Source: Malacoraja senta
Lineage: Eukaryota
Reading direction: 5' to 3'
Length of the DNA stretch: 64,000 nucleotides
Assembly: GCA_038087875.1 (NCBI GenBank)
Contig: CM075998.1
Location: forward strand, 4,404,001 to 4,468,000
Part shown: positions 38,968 to 51,959 of the stretch, piece by piece
How the letters are laid out: each line of letters starts with the position of its first letter
Numbering within the stretch: the stretch's first letter is position 1
Notes under the pieces: model-generated
Databases searched by the model: none
What the model was told of the DNA's origin: nothing
The model's input: only the letters and a program-made list of their open reading frames with translations
Made by a program: the position numbers and the translations under genes

Positions 38968-40894
38968 TAGCAATGTTACAAAATTTTGAGATTTTAATAA
39001 TCAAGTCTGCAATTTATCCCATCAGATAAAGCATAAAAATAAGTTTAATTTGACACCTAATTCACTTTCATATCTTCAGTATTAAAAAAGTGATGGCCAT
39101 TTTCATACTCTGAAATTAGCATCTTGTTCCCTATAGGGGGGTTGCACGTAAGGTCACTGGGTCATAGGGCTTGACGCACGGAGCCGCTTAATCCATCTGG
39201 AGGACATACGTAACTTCCGGTATATGTTATTAATACAAGAAATGCGTACTTTCCTACCTGTTAAAAAACGGCAAAATGTTGAATTTTTTTCGCTGTAAAA
39301 AATTGTGGAAGTTGGGGTAAGTGTGAGAAACATGTACCCAACTTCAGAATTCCAAAAGCGAAATGAAGGTAAAGAGAAGCGACAGCTGAAGGAACAACAG
39401 CAACTAAAGTGCTTGGCGAACATTGGCCGTGCAGATATCGGAATTGAAAATATTGGGAATTATCGCGTTTGCTCACTGCATTTCATTAACGGTAAGGCAT
39501 TATTTGGTTTTTTTCTTGATTCCTTTGGTATCTAAAAAGTCTCAGAAGTGATAAATCTGGTAAATTTTGCTTCTTTTTGTATGTAAAAAAACCATTTGAG
39601 AACCACGGGCGATTTTAAAATTTTACAGCCAGATTTATCCCTTCTGAAACTTTTTATATGCCAAAGGAATCAAGAAAAAACACAAATAATGCCTTAGTTG
39701 ATGAAATGCAGTGAGCAAACGGCCAATGTTCGTCAAGCACTTTGGCTGTTGTTGTCCCTTCAGCTCTCGCTTCAATCTACCGTGATTTCTCCTCACTTTT
39801 TGAATTCTGAAGTAGGCTAAATGTCTCTCACGCTTATCCCGATTTCCATAATTATTTACAGCACAAAAATTGACAATTTCGCCGTTTTTTAACGGGCCCG
39901 CTACGCTGGAAACAATGGTAAGTGCTTACCTGCAGTTCATCGCGTGTAATCCATTTGGCATAGTGTAGCAACAGTACGGGTCATGGGTCGTGACCCGACT
40001 GCCGTGAAACCTCCCTATTGCTTTTCCATTGACTTAACTCAAAAGCTGTGATCAAGGACAGTCAAAAGCCCATAACTTTCTTAAAAATTAAGAGAACTGA
40101 ATGACATTTTCAGTTATTATAGATTGAAGCATTCTGAAACAAATATGAAACAATCTTACTTGGATGACCTGAAATTAAAACATATAATTAGTTAGTTACA
40201 CAATTGTAGCTAATTACAAAATTCAATTACTAGATCTAAACATCTATCCATTTCTTAAGAAAAGATGAACATTTTTAAATAGCCTGTGTCCAAATAACAT
40301 TCACACAAGAATTCACAATATAACATGATTTTTAAATCTCATTGTCATGAATTTATAGGCCAAATGGAAGGAATTTAGTGTTTAATTCCCGTAAATTAAT
40401 GGCCATTTAAATCATCTTGTGAGTGGGATTTTGTGGAACGCGATCGTTTGGAACATTGCATTTGCGGTGAATTTAAACCCCATATCGGCAGGAAAAGTAC
40501 TGCTGGTTCATATGGGGCCTAAGTCACCTTTTCGCAACGTAAAATTTGGATTAAAGGCATCCTAAGAAGCACGTTTATATATAAAATAAACGGCTTTCCT
40601 TTACCTGTCCCGTACGTGAAATCCGTACCCGTTGTCGGCGTTCACGGCATTAGAAGCTGATTTTTACTTTACTCCAGTGCTGAAATGGTCCAGCGATTAA
40701 AAAAAAAAAATTCACAGAACGGCCATCGGAACAAATCTTCAGCAAAAGCTTGCACCCCGAGAAAATATATCCAGGACAGGTAAGAGAAAAAATGCATTTT
40801 AACCCCGCCCCCACCCCCCAAAGGCGCCAAAGTCGCGCACACGGCCAGTGACAGAACTGCAGCGCCGCTGAAGGTAAGTTTTGTAACATACCTA
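38968..40894. mobile_element. Non-autonomous DNA transposon with 16-bp imperfect TIRs
   Basis: Left end TAGCAATGTTACAAAA versus right-end reverse complement TAGGTATGTTACAAAA; interrupts a CR1 3' UTR. Confidence 0.7.
39135..40016. mobile_element. Nested non-autonomous DNA transposon (ISL2EU/Harbinger-like) with THAP remnants
   Basis: TIRs AGGGGGGTTGCACG / AGGGAGGTTTCACG; AT duplication at both ends; KC-LANIGRAD...RVCSLHF THAP-like translation. Confidence 0.7.
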
Positions 40895-41309
40895 TAATCA
40901 GTACCCCGTTCCTGCCTTCTCCCCATATCCCTTGACTCTGCTATCTTCAAGATCCCTACCTAGCTCTCTTTTGAAAGCATCCAGAGAACCGGCCTCCACT
41001 GCCCTCTGAGGCAGAGAATTCCACAGACTCACAACTCTCTGTGAGAAAAAGTGTTTCCTCATCTCCGTTCTAAATGGATTACACCTTATTCTTAAACTGT
41101 GTGTGGCCCCTGGTTCTGGACTCCCCCAACATCGGGAACGTGTTTCCTGCCTCTAGCGTGTCCAAACCCTTAATAATCTTATATGTTTCAATAAGATACC
41201 CTCTCGTCCTTCTAAATTCCAAAGTCTGTGGGTTCATGAGGTGACTGATGATGGTGCCAATGTGGGAATTGTAACTTTTTCCACAGATGGGCCAGAAGGT
41301 GGTTGAAGA

Positions 41310-41910
41310 TAAAGACACAAAAAGCTGGAGTAACTCAGCGGGACAGGCAGCATCTCTGGAGAGAAGCAATAGGTGATGTTTCAGGTCGAGACCCTTCTTC
41401 AGAGTGAGAATCAAGGGAAAGGAGAGAGATAAACAGTGATATAGAGACCAATAGAACAAATTAATTAAAGATATGCAAAAAAGTTAATCATGACCAATGA
41501 CCATCATCCATTGTTGGCTGCGGAGAAGGTGAAATGTATTGATACAAACAGTAAAACTCAACAAGACAACTGTGAAGCTGGTACTACGACTAGGGTGGAG
41601 GAGGGACACAGAGGGGATGCAAGGGTGACTTGAAGTTAGAGAAGTCAATATTCATACCGCTGGGGTGTAAGCGGCCCAAGCAAAATATGAGGTGCTGTTC
41701 CTCCTATTGGCGTTCGGCCTGACTCTGACAGTGGAGGAAACCAAACTCAGAAAGGTCAATATGGGAATGGGAGGGGGCGTTAAAGTGTTTGGCAACCAGG
41801 AGATCACGTGGGCCCAGGCGAACTGAGTGAAGGTGTTCAGCGAAATGATCGCCCAGTCTACGTTTGGCAATCCTCTGCTTGACCCGAAAGGACTGTCGGA
41901 GTCCCTGGAC
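41310..41910 (-). mobile_element. Penelope-like element fragment (GIY-YIG C-terminus plus terminal repeat)
   Basis: KRRLGDHFAEHLHSVR...LLVAKHFNAPSHSH; terminal sequence shared with the 45 kb copy. Confidence 0.8.
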
Positions 41911-42584
41911 AGAGCGGGCATGGGCCAGAGATTCCCAGGTATCAATGTGGATGTTGCATTTCTTCAAGGTGGCTGTGACCACATTCTTGATTTCTTTTTA
42001 AAATCTACCTACGTGCTAATCTCTTTCTCGGGATTGAGTATTTCATTATGAAATCTGGTGTCATTCATGCAAATTATGTGGTGTCGCCAAGGTAGCCGAC
42101 TGAAAATAACGAGGGCCTCAGTGCTGGGGATGTTGGCTGGGAAAGAACACTGGCATTGGTCCCCTTGTCCTCCCCGTGAATCTGGAAGATTTTGCACTAT
42201 TTTTTCAATGCCTTGATACGCCTGTTCCCCAGGTCTCAGTAGAATTAGGAGGGCAGGGATCACTGCTGCCCAGTCGAGCATGTGCTTTAATCTCTCGTAA
42301 ACAAACACAATCTTGTGGTGCAATAGTATACAATTAATTTGTGAACTTTCTTCACACTTGAAAGTATTCTGTGACTATTTAAGAGAGATAACCAGGTGCA
42401 GTTTTTTCATTACAGCTAAAGATGGGGTTCATAAGTTATAGGAGCAGAACTAGGCAATTCGGCCCATCAAGTCTACACTGCCATTCGATCATGGCTGATC
42501 GAACTTTCCCTCTCAACCCCATTCACCTGCCTTCTCCCCATAACCCCTGACACTTGTACTAATAAATAATCTGTGAATCTCTTT

Positions 42585-42812
42585 CATAGTCTTTATATAT
42601 CTGAAGAAACATTTGCTATCCTCTTTTATATTATTGGCCAACTTACTTTCACATTTCATCTTTTCTGCCCGTATTGCCTTTTTAGTTACCTTTGGTTGCT
42701 TTTTAAAAGCTTCCCGATCCTCTTGCTTCCCACTAATCTTTGCAATGTTATATGCCTGCTCTTTTAGTTTTATGCTGTCTCTGACTTCCCTTGTCAGCCA
42801 CGGTTGCCTCAT
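42585..42812 (-). mobile_element. CR1 ORF2 fragment (QPWLTREV...KLANNIKEDSK-FF-YIK), resuming at ~44141-44200
   Basis: Translation matches the CR1 EN-RT linker region; interrupted by the plus-strand CR1. Confidence 0.8.
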
Positions 42813-44140
42813 TCTAGAATTTTTTCGAAGAGGTTACTAGGGAAATTGATGAGGGTAAAGCAGTGGATGTTGTCTATATGGACTTCAGTAAGGCCTTTGA
42901 CAAGGTTCCTCATGGAAGGTTGGTTAAGAAGATTAAATTGTTGGGTATTAATGGTGGAGTAGCAAGATGGATTCAACAGTGGCTGAATGGGAGATGCCAG
43001 AGAGTAATGGTGGATGGTTGTTTGTCAGGTTGGAGGCCGGTGACTAGTGGGGTGCCTCAGGGGTCTGTGTTGGGTCCACTGTTGTTTGTCATGTACATCA
43101 ATGATATGGATGATGGTGTGGAAAATAGGATTAGTAAGTATGCAGATGATACTAAGATAGGTAGTGTGGTGGATAATGAAGTAGATTTTCAAAGTCTACA
43201 GAGAGATTTAGGCCATTTGGAAGAGGGGGCTGAAAGATGGCAGATGGAGTTTAATGCTGATAAATGTGAGGTACTACATCTCGGCAGGACAAATCAAAAT
43301 AGGATGTACATGGTAAATGGTAGAGAATTGAGGAATGCAGTTGAACAGAGGGATATAGGAATAACTGTGCATAGTTCCCTGAAGGTGGAATCTCATGTAG
43401 ATAGGGTGGTAAAGAAAGCTTTTGGTGTGCTGGCCTTTATAAATCAGAGCATTGAATATAGAAGTTGGGATGTAATGTTATAATTGTACAAGGCATTGGT
43501 GAGGCCAATTCTGGGGTATGGAGTACAATTTTGGTCGCCTAATTATAGGAAGGATGTCAACAAAATAGAGAGAGTACAGAGGAGATTTACTAGAATGTTG
43601 CCTGGGTTTCAGCAACTAAGTTACAGAGAAAGGTTGAACAAGTTAGGTCTTTATTCTTTGGAGCGCAGAAGGTTAAGAGGGGACTTGATAGAGGTATTTA
43701 AAATTATGAGCGGGTTAGACAGAGTTGACGTGGATAAGCTTTTTCCATTGAGAGTAGGGAAGATTCAAACAAGGGGACATGACTTGAGAATGAAGGGACA
43801 GAAGTTTAGGGGTAACATTAGGGGGAACTTCTTTACTCAGAGAGTGGTAGCTGTGTGGAATGAGCTTCCAGTGGAAGTGGTGGAGGCTGGTTCGATTTTA
43901 TCCTTTAAAAATAGATTGGATGGGTATATGGACGGGAAAGGAATGGAGGGTTATGGTCTGAGTGCAGGTAGATGGGACTAGGGGGAAGTATTTTTTTTTT
44001 TTTTTAATAATAATAATAATAATAATAATAATTAAAAAAATTAAAAAATTAAAAATAAAAAAATGTTTGGCACGGACTTGAAGGGCCGAGATGGCCTGTT
44101 TCCGTGCTGTAATGGTTATATGGTTATATGGTTATATATT
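42813..44140 (+). mobile_element. CR1-type LINE, 5'-truncated and young (RT domain to 3' UTR)
   Basis: DFSKAFDKVPH, GVPQGSVLGPLLF, KYADDTK, LERRRLRGDLI; a single in-frame stop at 43481-43483; short tandem tail (atggttat)n. Confidence 0.95.
43990..44063. repeat. Poly-T / (TAA)n / A-rich low-complexity tract inside the CR1 3' UTR
   Basis: Directly visible in the sequence. Confidence 0.85.
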
Positions 44141-44396
44141 CTGCCCTTAGAATCTTTCATCCTCTTTGGAATGAAAAGGTCCCGCGCCTTCCCAATTTTT
44201 ATACTTCTTCATACCAGACAGCATCTTAGTAAATCTATTTTCTCCACATCCTTCTATAGTGAGGTAAACAAAGGGATATAAATCAAGCCACAGATATGGA
44301 AAGCCTGGTTAAACCAGATTCAGAGTATTGTGAGCAGTTCTGTGCAACACATCCTAGGAAGATGTAGAAATGTATTCACTTTTTAAGAGAGAGTTA

Positions 44397-44623
44397 AGGG
44401 CCTGTTCCACTTTCACGACCTAATTCACGACCTCTGCCGAGTTTGCCCTTGACTCATACTTGCAGCACAGTCATCACGAGGTAGTATGAGGTCATAGGTA
44501 GGTCGTGATGCTAGTCGTAGGTACTCGTGGCATCAAGTAGGTCGGGGCGTTTTTCTAGCCTGGTGAAAAATGTCCACGTGTAAAAAAGGTCGTGAATTAG
44601 GTCGTGAAAGTGGGACAGGCTCT
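44397..44623. mobile_element. MITE of the same family, inserted in a CR1 3' end
   Basis: Same TIRs; TTA on both flanks. Confidence 0.8.
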
Positions 44624-44969
44624 TTAGAGTTAGATTTAGCTCTTAGGGCTAAAGGAATCAAGGAATATGGGGAAAAAGCAGGAACAGGGTACTGATTTTA
44701 GATGATCAGCCTTGATCACATTGAATGGCGGTGCTGGCTTGAAGGGCCAAATGGCCTACTCCTGCACCTATTTTTTAATGTTTCTATGTTCCTAATCATT
44801 GTAAGATATACATAATATTGTATTTAACAATGTTATGCAGCCTATAAAGGGTTAAATGATACAAATTTAAAATTGCTGTTGCCTGCAGAATTGAATGGGA
44901 ACCATCATCAATAAGAAATGGCGTTTGAAGACAAATGAAACTTAAAATGATCATTTTTAAGAGTGATGT

Positions 44970-45680
44970 TTAAGAAGGAACTGCAGATGCTGGAAAATTC
45001 GAAGGTAGACAAAAATCCTGGAGAAACTCAGCGGGTGAGGCAGCATCTATGCAGCGAAGGAAATAGGCGACGTTTCGTGTCGAGACCCTTCTTCAGACTG
45101 ATGTGGGGGTGGGGGGGACAGGAAGAAGAAAGGGAGAGGCGGAGACAGTGGGCTGTGGGAGAGCTGGGAAGGGGAGGGAAAAGAAGGAGAAAGCAGGGAC
45201 TACCTAAAATTGGAGAAGTCAATGTTCATACTGCTGGGGTGTAAACTACCCAAGTGAAATATGAGGTGCTGCTCCTCCAATTTACGGTGGGCCTCACTCA
45301 GGCCATGGAGGAGGCCCAGGACAGAAAGGTCAGATTCAGAATGGGAGGGGGAATTGAAGTGCTGAGCCACCGGGAGATAAGGTTGGTTATTGCGAATCGA
45401 GCGGAGGGCGAAGCGATCGCCAAGCCTACGCTTGGTCTCACCGATGTAGAGCAGCTGACACCTAGAGCGGCGGATGCAATAGATGAGGTTGGAGGAGGTG
45501 CAGGTGAACCTCTGCCGCACCTGGAAAGACTGCTTGGGTCCTTGGATGGAACCAAGGGGGGGGATAAAGCGACAAGTGTAGCATTTCCTGCGGTTGCAAG
45601 GGAAAGTGCCAGGAGAGGGGGTGGTTTGGGTGGGAAGGGAAGAATTGACCAGGGAGTTACGGAGGGAGCGGTCTCTAAGA
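44970..45680 (-). mobile_element. Penelope-like element, 3' part: GIY-YIG endonuclease plus terminal repeat with hammerhead motif
   Basis: ORF 45200-45697 contains PCNRRKCYTC...NLIYCI..SRCQLLYIGETKRRLGDRF...PVAQHFNSPSH...LEEQHLIF-LG...MNIDF; CTGAAGA...GAAACGTC motif at 45069-45096. Confidence 0.9.
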
Positions 45681-46965
45681 ATGAGTGACATTACCATACC
45701 TTGGGTCAGGAGGCATATTGCTACTAAGTTCTGCGTAGTTCTTTAAGAATGAAAGGATAAGGTTGGAGCAGCTACAGTTAATACTGCGGCACATAGACCT
45801 GTAAGTGGAATATTGAGGGTTATTTGAGTACAAAACACGTATTTTACAAACAAAAGGTGAGATAATCTCAAACTGCCAGTAAATAAGTGGTTCGTCTTTG
45901 GCCACAACCACAGAAGTAGGGGAAAGGATAAACCTGTCAAATTGTCATTTAGTTCTCCGGCTAGAAATAGTAGAAATGTAAAATCACCCAGCTAAAGTCC
46001 ACACTTGAAGGACTGCTAACCTTGCATATTGTGCAATTTGTGGTCAATTGCTTATGACTACTTGATAATTTCTCTTGTCAGAAAATGAGAAGTGGACCAA
46101 CAAACATGGTGATGTAAGGGAAATAATTGAAAGCCAGACGTGCAATATAGAGCCAAAAAAGTACAACAATACTGTTACACGAAGAAGAAAAATAAGAGAA
46201 GACAGTAAGGGGAACTGATGGGTAGATAAGGACTATATCCACTGGTCATGGGGTCTAGGATGAGAGAACATAGTCTTAAAATAAAAGCCAGATCTTTCAG
46301 AAGTGAGGTTGGAAAACACGTCTGCACAAAAGATAGTCGAATTTGGAACTTGCAATTGATGCAAGGTTTTACTTTTAAATCTGGGATTGATTAATTTTTT
46401 TGTTAGTCAAAAGTAATAATGAAGCAAAAACGAAACTGCTGGAGGAACTCAGAAGGTCAGGCAGCATCATGATAATGGCTGACCTGCTTAGTTCCTCCAT
46501 CGGTTTGTTTTTTTGCTCCAGATTCCAGCATCTGCAGTGTCTCGTGTCTCCATAATAACGGAGTAATGGTGAATACTGTATATGAGTCTAATACAAAAGA
46601 TTGATTAAAATCCATTGTTTTGTGCACAGATGCCATATGAAAACTGTTTTACCTAGGTTAGTTCATGCCAATGTTCTTTCCCCTTGAGGTACTTCTGTAT
46701 GCAATCTACTACAGTTGTTCTGAGGTCTCTCTGGTCACTTGCACACATAAGTGACATCAGAAATCATACATCAGAAATCATACATTGGGATTTTGAGTGC
46801 AATCTTTGTTGAATACTCACATAAAAACTAGGAGCACATCGCACTGAGATTACTAATGAGACAACAACTATGACATTGATATTTTGCAGAGAGAATCGGA
46901 TAGCCTCGTCACTGGTCGATTTGTCACAAGAACAATGCCCTGAGAGACTCCTGAATGATGTTCCT

Positions 46966-47265
46966 TTAGTTTAGTTTGGAGGTACAGCGCGGAAACAGGC
47001 CCTTCGGCCCACCGAGTCCGCGCCGACCAACGATCCCCGCACACTAACACTATCCTACACACACACTACGGACAATTTACGCTTATACCAAGCCAATTAG
47101 CCTACAAACCTGTACCACTTTGGAGTGTGCGAGGAAACCGAAGCACCCGGAGAAAACCCACGCAGGTCACAGGGAGAACGTACAAACTCCGTACAGACAA
47201 GCACCCGTAGTCGGGATCGAACCCGGGTCTCCTGCGCTGTGAGGCAGCAACTCTACCGCTGCGCC
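46966..47265 (-). mobile_element. HE1-like V-SINE
   Basis: Reverse complement of the same consensus; B box ggttcgatcc. Confidence 0.88.
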
Positions 47266-47675
47266 TCAGTGTTCCGAGGCCCAAGGGCAAATAAATAGAA
47301 CTATCTACCTTTGTGCGATGTATGATTCCAGCCACTGGGATGTCTTCCCTTTGATGCCTAGTTTTATTGAGATGCATTGCTGCTACACTCAGTCAAATAC
47401 TGCCCTGATGTAAAGGACAATTGCACTAATCTCACCTCTCGAATTCAGCTCCTTGGTCTGTTCGAACCATAGCTGTGATGAGTGAAGCCAAAAGCCAGAT
47501 GATGGAGAGAAGACTGACAGGGTTGTATTTAGCCTGATTGTATTTGTCCTGCTTTTTGTGATGGGACATACCTGAGCAATTTAAGCTGTATTGAGTGCTC
47601 TCAGTCGTCTCTTGATATCAGGAGACTGGCTTCTCAGGGGGAAACAGATGGATAATCCACTCAGATCCTATCTTA

Positions 47676-48396
47676 AGGGCCTGTCCCACTGCGGCGACCT
47701 AATTTGCGAGTTTAGAAGAGTTTGCGCTCGACTCAAACTCGCAGCATGGTCGACACATGGTCCTAGGAGGTCACTGTAAAGGGCCAGTCCCACTTTCATG
47801 ACCGAATTCACGACCTTTTTTACTCGTGTTGAAAAAACGCCCCGACCTACTTGATGCCACGAGTTCCTACGACTAGCATCACGACCCGGTACGACCTTCC
47901 TATGACCTCCTACGACCTCGTGACGATCATGCTGCGAGTATGAGTCAAGGGCAAACTCGGCAGAGGTCGTGAATTAGGTCGTGAAAGTGGGGCAGGCCCT
48001 TGACTCTCCTCCATGCTACTCGCGGCCTCAGTTTGGTCGACGACAAATGTTTCAGCATGCTGAATATTTTTCCGCGAGTAAAAATTAGCCGGCATAGTTC
48101 TTTTGAACTCGTAGTGCATTGGAGTGGGGTCGATAGGCAGTCGATGTAGCCATAGGCAATCTCCTTTGCTGACCGGGCATTTTAATTGGCTCATTGGAGT
48201 TTTCAGAACCAAGGAAAACCGACCGGTAATGTTAAATGCCCGCTAAGCTTGTCTGGCTTCTTAAAAGTATCTCCACTACTTTGCCCCCCTTCTCTCCCCT
48301 CTTCCCCCCCCCCCCCCCTCCCCGCGCTCTCTAAAGGACTTACCGTGCACTGTGCCAGCCGTCCTTTACCTTCCTGTTCATCAGGGGCCTTTGCGA

Positions 48397-48427
<31 letters not shown>

Positions 48428-48554
48428 TGACGGTCGATCCAGCTGGTGGTTTCATCGCTGATGTTCAATCCAGCTTGAGGATTTTCAGGCGAGTGCCCTC
48501 GAGCTTGAAGGTCGAAGACAGTCGCTGAAAAGTCGTGTTAGTGGGACAGGCCCT
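47676..48554. mobile_element. Longer MITE of the same terminal type containing a nested short MITE (47780-48000)
   Basis: Outer TIR agggcctgtcccact / agtgggacaggccct; the inner copy matches 29439-29643. Confidence 0.8.
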
Positions 48555-49299
48555 TCAGTTCATGATCTGGAATATAAACTGCCAAAATACAGCTTTTACT
48601 TTAAACTTTAGAGATACTTCTAAACACTTCTAAAACTTCTAATTGGAGAGCTTCTAATGAATGTTCAGCTAAATTCATTATTTTTTTATGGGGAATCTGA
48701 TGCACCATTATCTCAGATTTATGGTGAATAGAGCAACAGCATGATCTCATTGCATTTCATAACAGCCAAATTATCTCCTTCAGAATTTATGTTGCTGGAT
48801 TATAGCCCATAAATGCATACCATACTGTAATTATGACCTCACTACAGTTTTAGAACGATTTATTATTCTCGGCTGTGATATAACATTTTATATTTTTTCC
48901 CATAAAACCATATCAACATTTCATGACCTTGTCCGGTTGAGGTCCAGTGTTTATTATCTTTTACTCAAAAGTCCAACGTCTTTCCATTTACCCATCCTTC
49001 CTCATACAAAGCATATTTTTACACTTTTTTAAACTGTTATTACTCAAATCGCCCCTTTTTTGCCCATTCAGCAATCTTATTACATTTTCCTATGCTCCAC
49101 GGAATTACTTGCTGTTCCAATTTTTTTAATCTTTTCTTCAAATTTGGATAGTACTCCATATTTCAAAATCATTTTTTGGTAATAGTGAACAGATTGCTTT
49201 ACACATCCACCCATCACCCGAACATGCCCCCACAGAAACCTCCTCTCCCTAATTTCTTTCCACTCTCTCCAGTCCATTTCTGTCCTTCATATAACACAG

Positions 49300-49583
49300 C
49301 GGCACTACATTGCAGCACCAGAGACCCAGATTCGACCCTGACCATGGGTGCTATCTGTACGGAGTTTGTACGTTCTCCCTATGACCGCGTGGGTTTTCTC
49401 TGGGTGCTCCGGTTTCCTCCCACATTCCAAAAACGTACAGGTTTACAGGTTAATTGGCTTATGTATATTGTAACTTGTCCTAGTGCGTTGGATAGTGTTA
49501 GTGTACGGGATCATCATTGGTCGACTTGGACTCGGTGGGCCGAAGGGCCTGTTTCCACGTTAAATCTCCAAACTAAACTAAAC
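49300..49583 (+). mobile_element. HE1-like V-SINE, 5'-degenerate (3' fragment also at 54745-54890)
   Basis: Shares the V-domain core and ctaaa tail. Confidence 0.8.
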
Positions 49584-51269
49584 ATCAGAGTCACACATAG
49601 CATCCTCTGTGATATAATAGAAATATTTGTATTTCTAACACACCAGGTAACTCTCTACTGAAAACGATGAGTTTTACAACACTTGGATTCCCTATGCCAG
49701 TCTCTCTGTAAATTTGCCCATTTCCACATCTGCCTAATTCATCTGCTGCTAAAATTCTCATCCCCACCTTCATCTGTAGACTTTGACCATTGCAACACAC
49801 CCTTCCATATCTCTCGTCTCACTCTCCCCTCAGTCTGAAGAAGGGTCTCGACCCGAAACATCACCCATTCCTTCTCTCCAGAGATGCTGCCTGTCCCGCT
49901 GAGTTTCTCCAGCATTTTGTGTCTACCTACTCAAGGTTAGTTAGAGATAGGCAATTACCCACATGCCCACATCCTAACCTGTCCACACCCTAACAATTAA
50001 TTTTGAACTAATCCCCCCTCCCTCCCGTCTCGTCCAGTCCTATAAACACACTGTTCTGAATGACTGCAGAGTGCAAAGAACTGGCCCAGATCCAAGCAGG
50101 AGGTTAATGAAAGGATTCTGTGGGACAATGACTGGCAAGTAGTCCTGGAATAAATACTTAATAAAGACAAATTGAATTAAATTAGTGAATTGGCCTTAAA
50201 TAAATTGATGTCAAATGGAATAAATATTTAACAAGGAAAATTCAATTAAATTAGTCTTAAATAAATTGATGTCAAATGGTGAATTAAATAAAATCAGTGC
50301 AGATGTAAATACTTGGAGCTGCTGCAGTCTATACTAAATAACAGCACAGCCAGTAGCAAGGGAAACACTTTATGAGTGATGGCATTTGGTATTTCCTGTA
50401 GACTGGACAGTAGTGGAAGTTGCTGTTCCCTGCCAAATTGTTGTGATGCATTATTATATTAAATAAATTACAGAAATGCAAGCTGCTGCGTTATAAATGA
50501 TTTGCAGGAATTTTGCAGAGTGTGATATTTAGACCTGAGAATGTCACCTTCAAATCTCAGCCTTGAATCTGTTCTGCCTTGACTGACTTGCACCATCACT
50601 CTGTTAGTGTCAATCTCTTAGAAACCCTTTAGCTAAAATCTAACCATGTCAGATATGAAGTTGTTAATTGAACTCACATCCAGGAGTTAGAAATTCACAA
50701 CTCCAATAAAATGCCTTGCTGCTAAAGATCGGAGTAGAGCAATTTTGCACACAAGCAGGAAATTTCAATCCAACCTTTTTTCTCCCCAGCACTTTTTTTG
50801 CAATATAAAATATTCCCCAAATGACGATCAACACACAAAATGTATCTGGAATGAGACCTTCAATCTTACTGGTTTTAGATTTTTGTTCTTATGTATCCAG
50901 GAACAACCAGGTTTCATTAAGCCTGTTTTGTCTGGAACCATGTTTTTTAAGAAGCCAACATTCAAACAATATTGAAGGACACAAAGTGCTGGAGTAACTC
51001 AGTAGGTCAGGCAGCATCTGTGGTGAACATGAATAGGTTCTGGGTCAGGACCCTTCTTCAGACTGATTGTAGAGGGTGAGAGGAAGCTGGGAGAGTATAG
51101 TTTACACTCAAACTATATTCTTTGTCCTTACTGAGATATTTGACCTCTGATTATCCCAAATCCAGCCTCGTGTGGCTTGACTGTTTTGCCCAAGGAGGTT
51201 CTTTTTAGGCAGATCCTAAGGATCAAGTTGGATTTGCTTCCACTCTGTTATTGTGGGTTCTTTGTTTTC

Positions 51270-51935
51270 AGTTCAGTTTGATTCATTGTCATGTGTGCTG
51301 AGGTAGTGTGAAAAGCTCTTTTGTTGCGTGCTATCCAGTCAGCGGAAAGACTATATGTGATTACAGACAAGCCATCCACAGTGTACTGACACAGGAGAAA
51401 GGGAATAATGTATAGTGCATGATAAAGTCCAGTAAAGTCCAATTAAAGATAGTGCAGATGTCTCCAAAGAGGTAGATGGCAGGTCAGGACCGCACTCTAG
51501 CTGGTGATAACAGCTGGGAAGAAACTGCCCCTGAATCTGGAGGTGTGCGTTTGTTTTCACACTTCTGTACCTCCTGCCTGATGGGAGAGGGGAGAAGAGG
51601 GAGTGGCCGGGATGGGACTCATCCTTGATGATGCTGCTGGCCTTGCCGAGGCAGCGTGAGGTGCAGATGGAGTCAGTGGAAGGGAGGTTGGTTTGTGGGC
51701 TGCGTCCATAAGTCTCTGCAATTTCTTGCAGTCGTGGATGGAGCTGATCCCAAACCATTGCTGTGATGCATCCCGATAAATTGCTTTCTACAGCGCATCT
51801 GTAGACGTTGGTGAGAGTTGTTGGGGACCTGCCGAACTTCCGAAGCCACCTAAGGAAGAAGAGACGTTGGTGTGTTTCTTAGCTGTTGCTTCAATATTGG
51901 CTAGTCCAGGACAAGTTGCTGGTGATACTTACTCC
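51270..51935 (-). mobile_element. Rex1/Babar-like LINE 3' end (shorter copy at ~60105-60450, plus strand)
   Basis: CLGKASSIIKDESHPGHSLFSPLPSGRRYRS. Confidence 0.8.
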
Positions 51936-51959
51936 GAGGAACTTGGAACTTCTGAGGTG

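Larger units (their letters stand above)
38905..41220 (-). mobile_element. CR1 3' end (38905-38967 plus 40895-41220) split by a DNA transposon
   Basis: Same 3' UTR as 54490-54590 and 57495-57670; GYLIETYKIIKGLD in the distal part. Confidence 0.8.

Noticed and set aside
42585..44200. Head-to-head CR1 fragments suggesting a twin-priming 5' inversion
   Set aside because: The minus-strand CR1 resumes after the plus-strand copy's tail (~44141) and ATTCT flanks both ends, so this is a simple nested insertion.
50160..50290. Duplicated ttaaataaattgatgtcaaatgg
   Set aside because: Ordinary short AT-rich tandem duplication.
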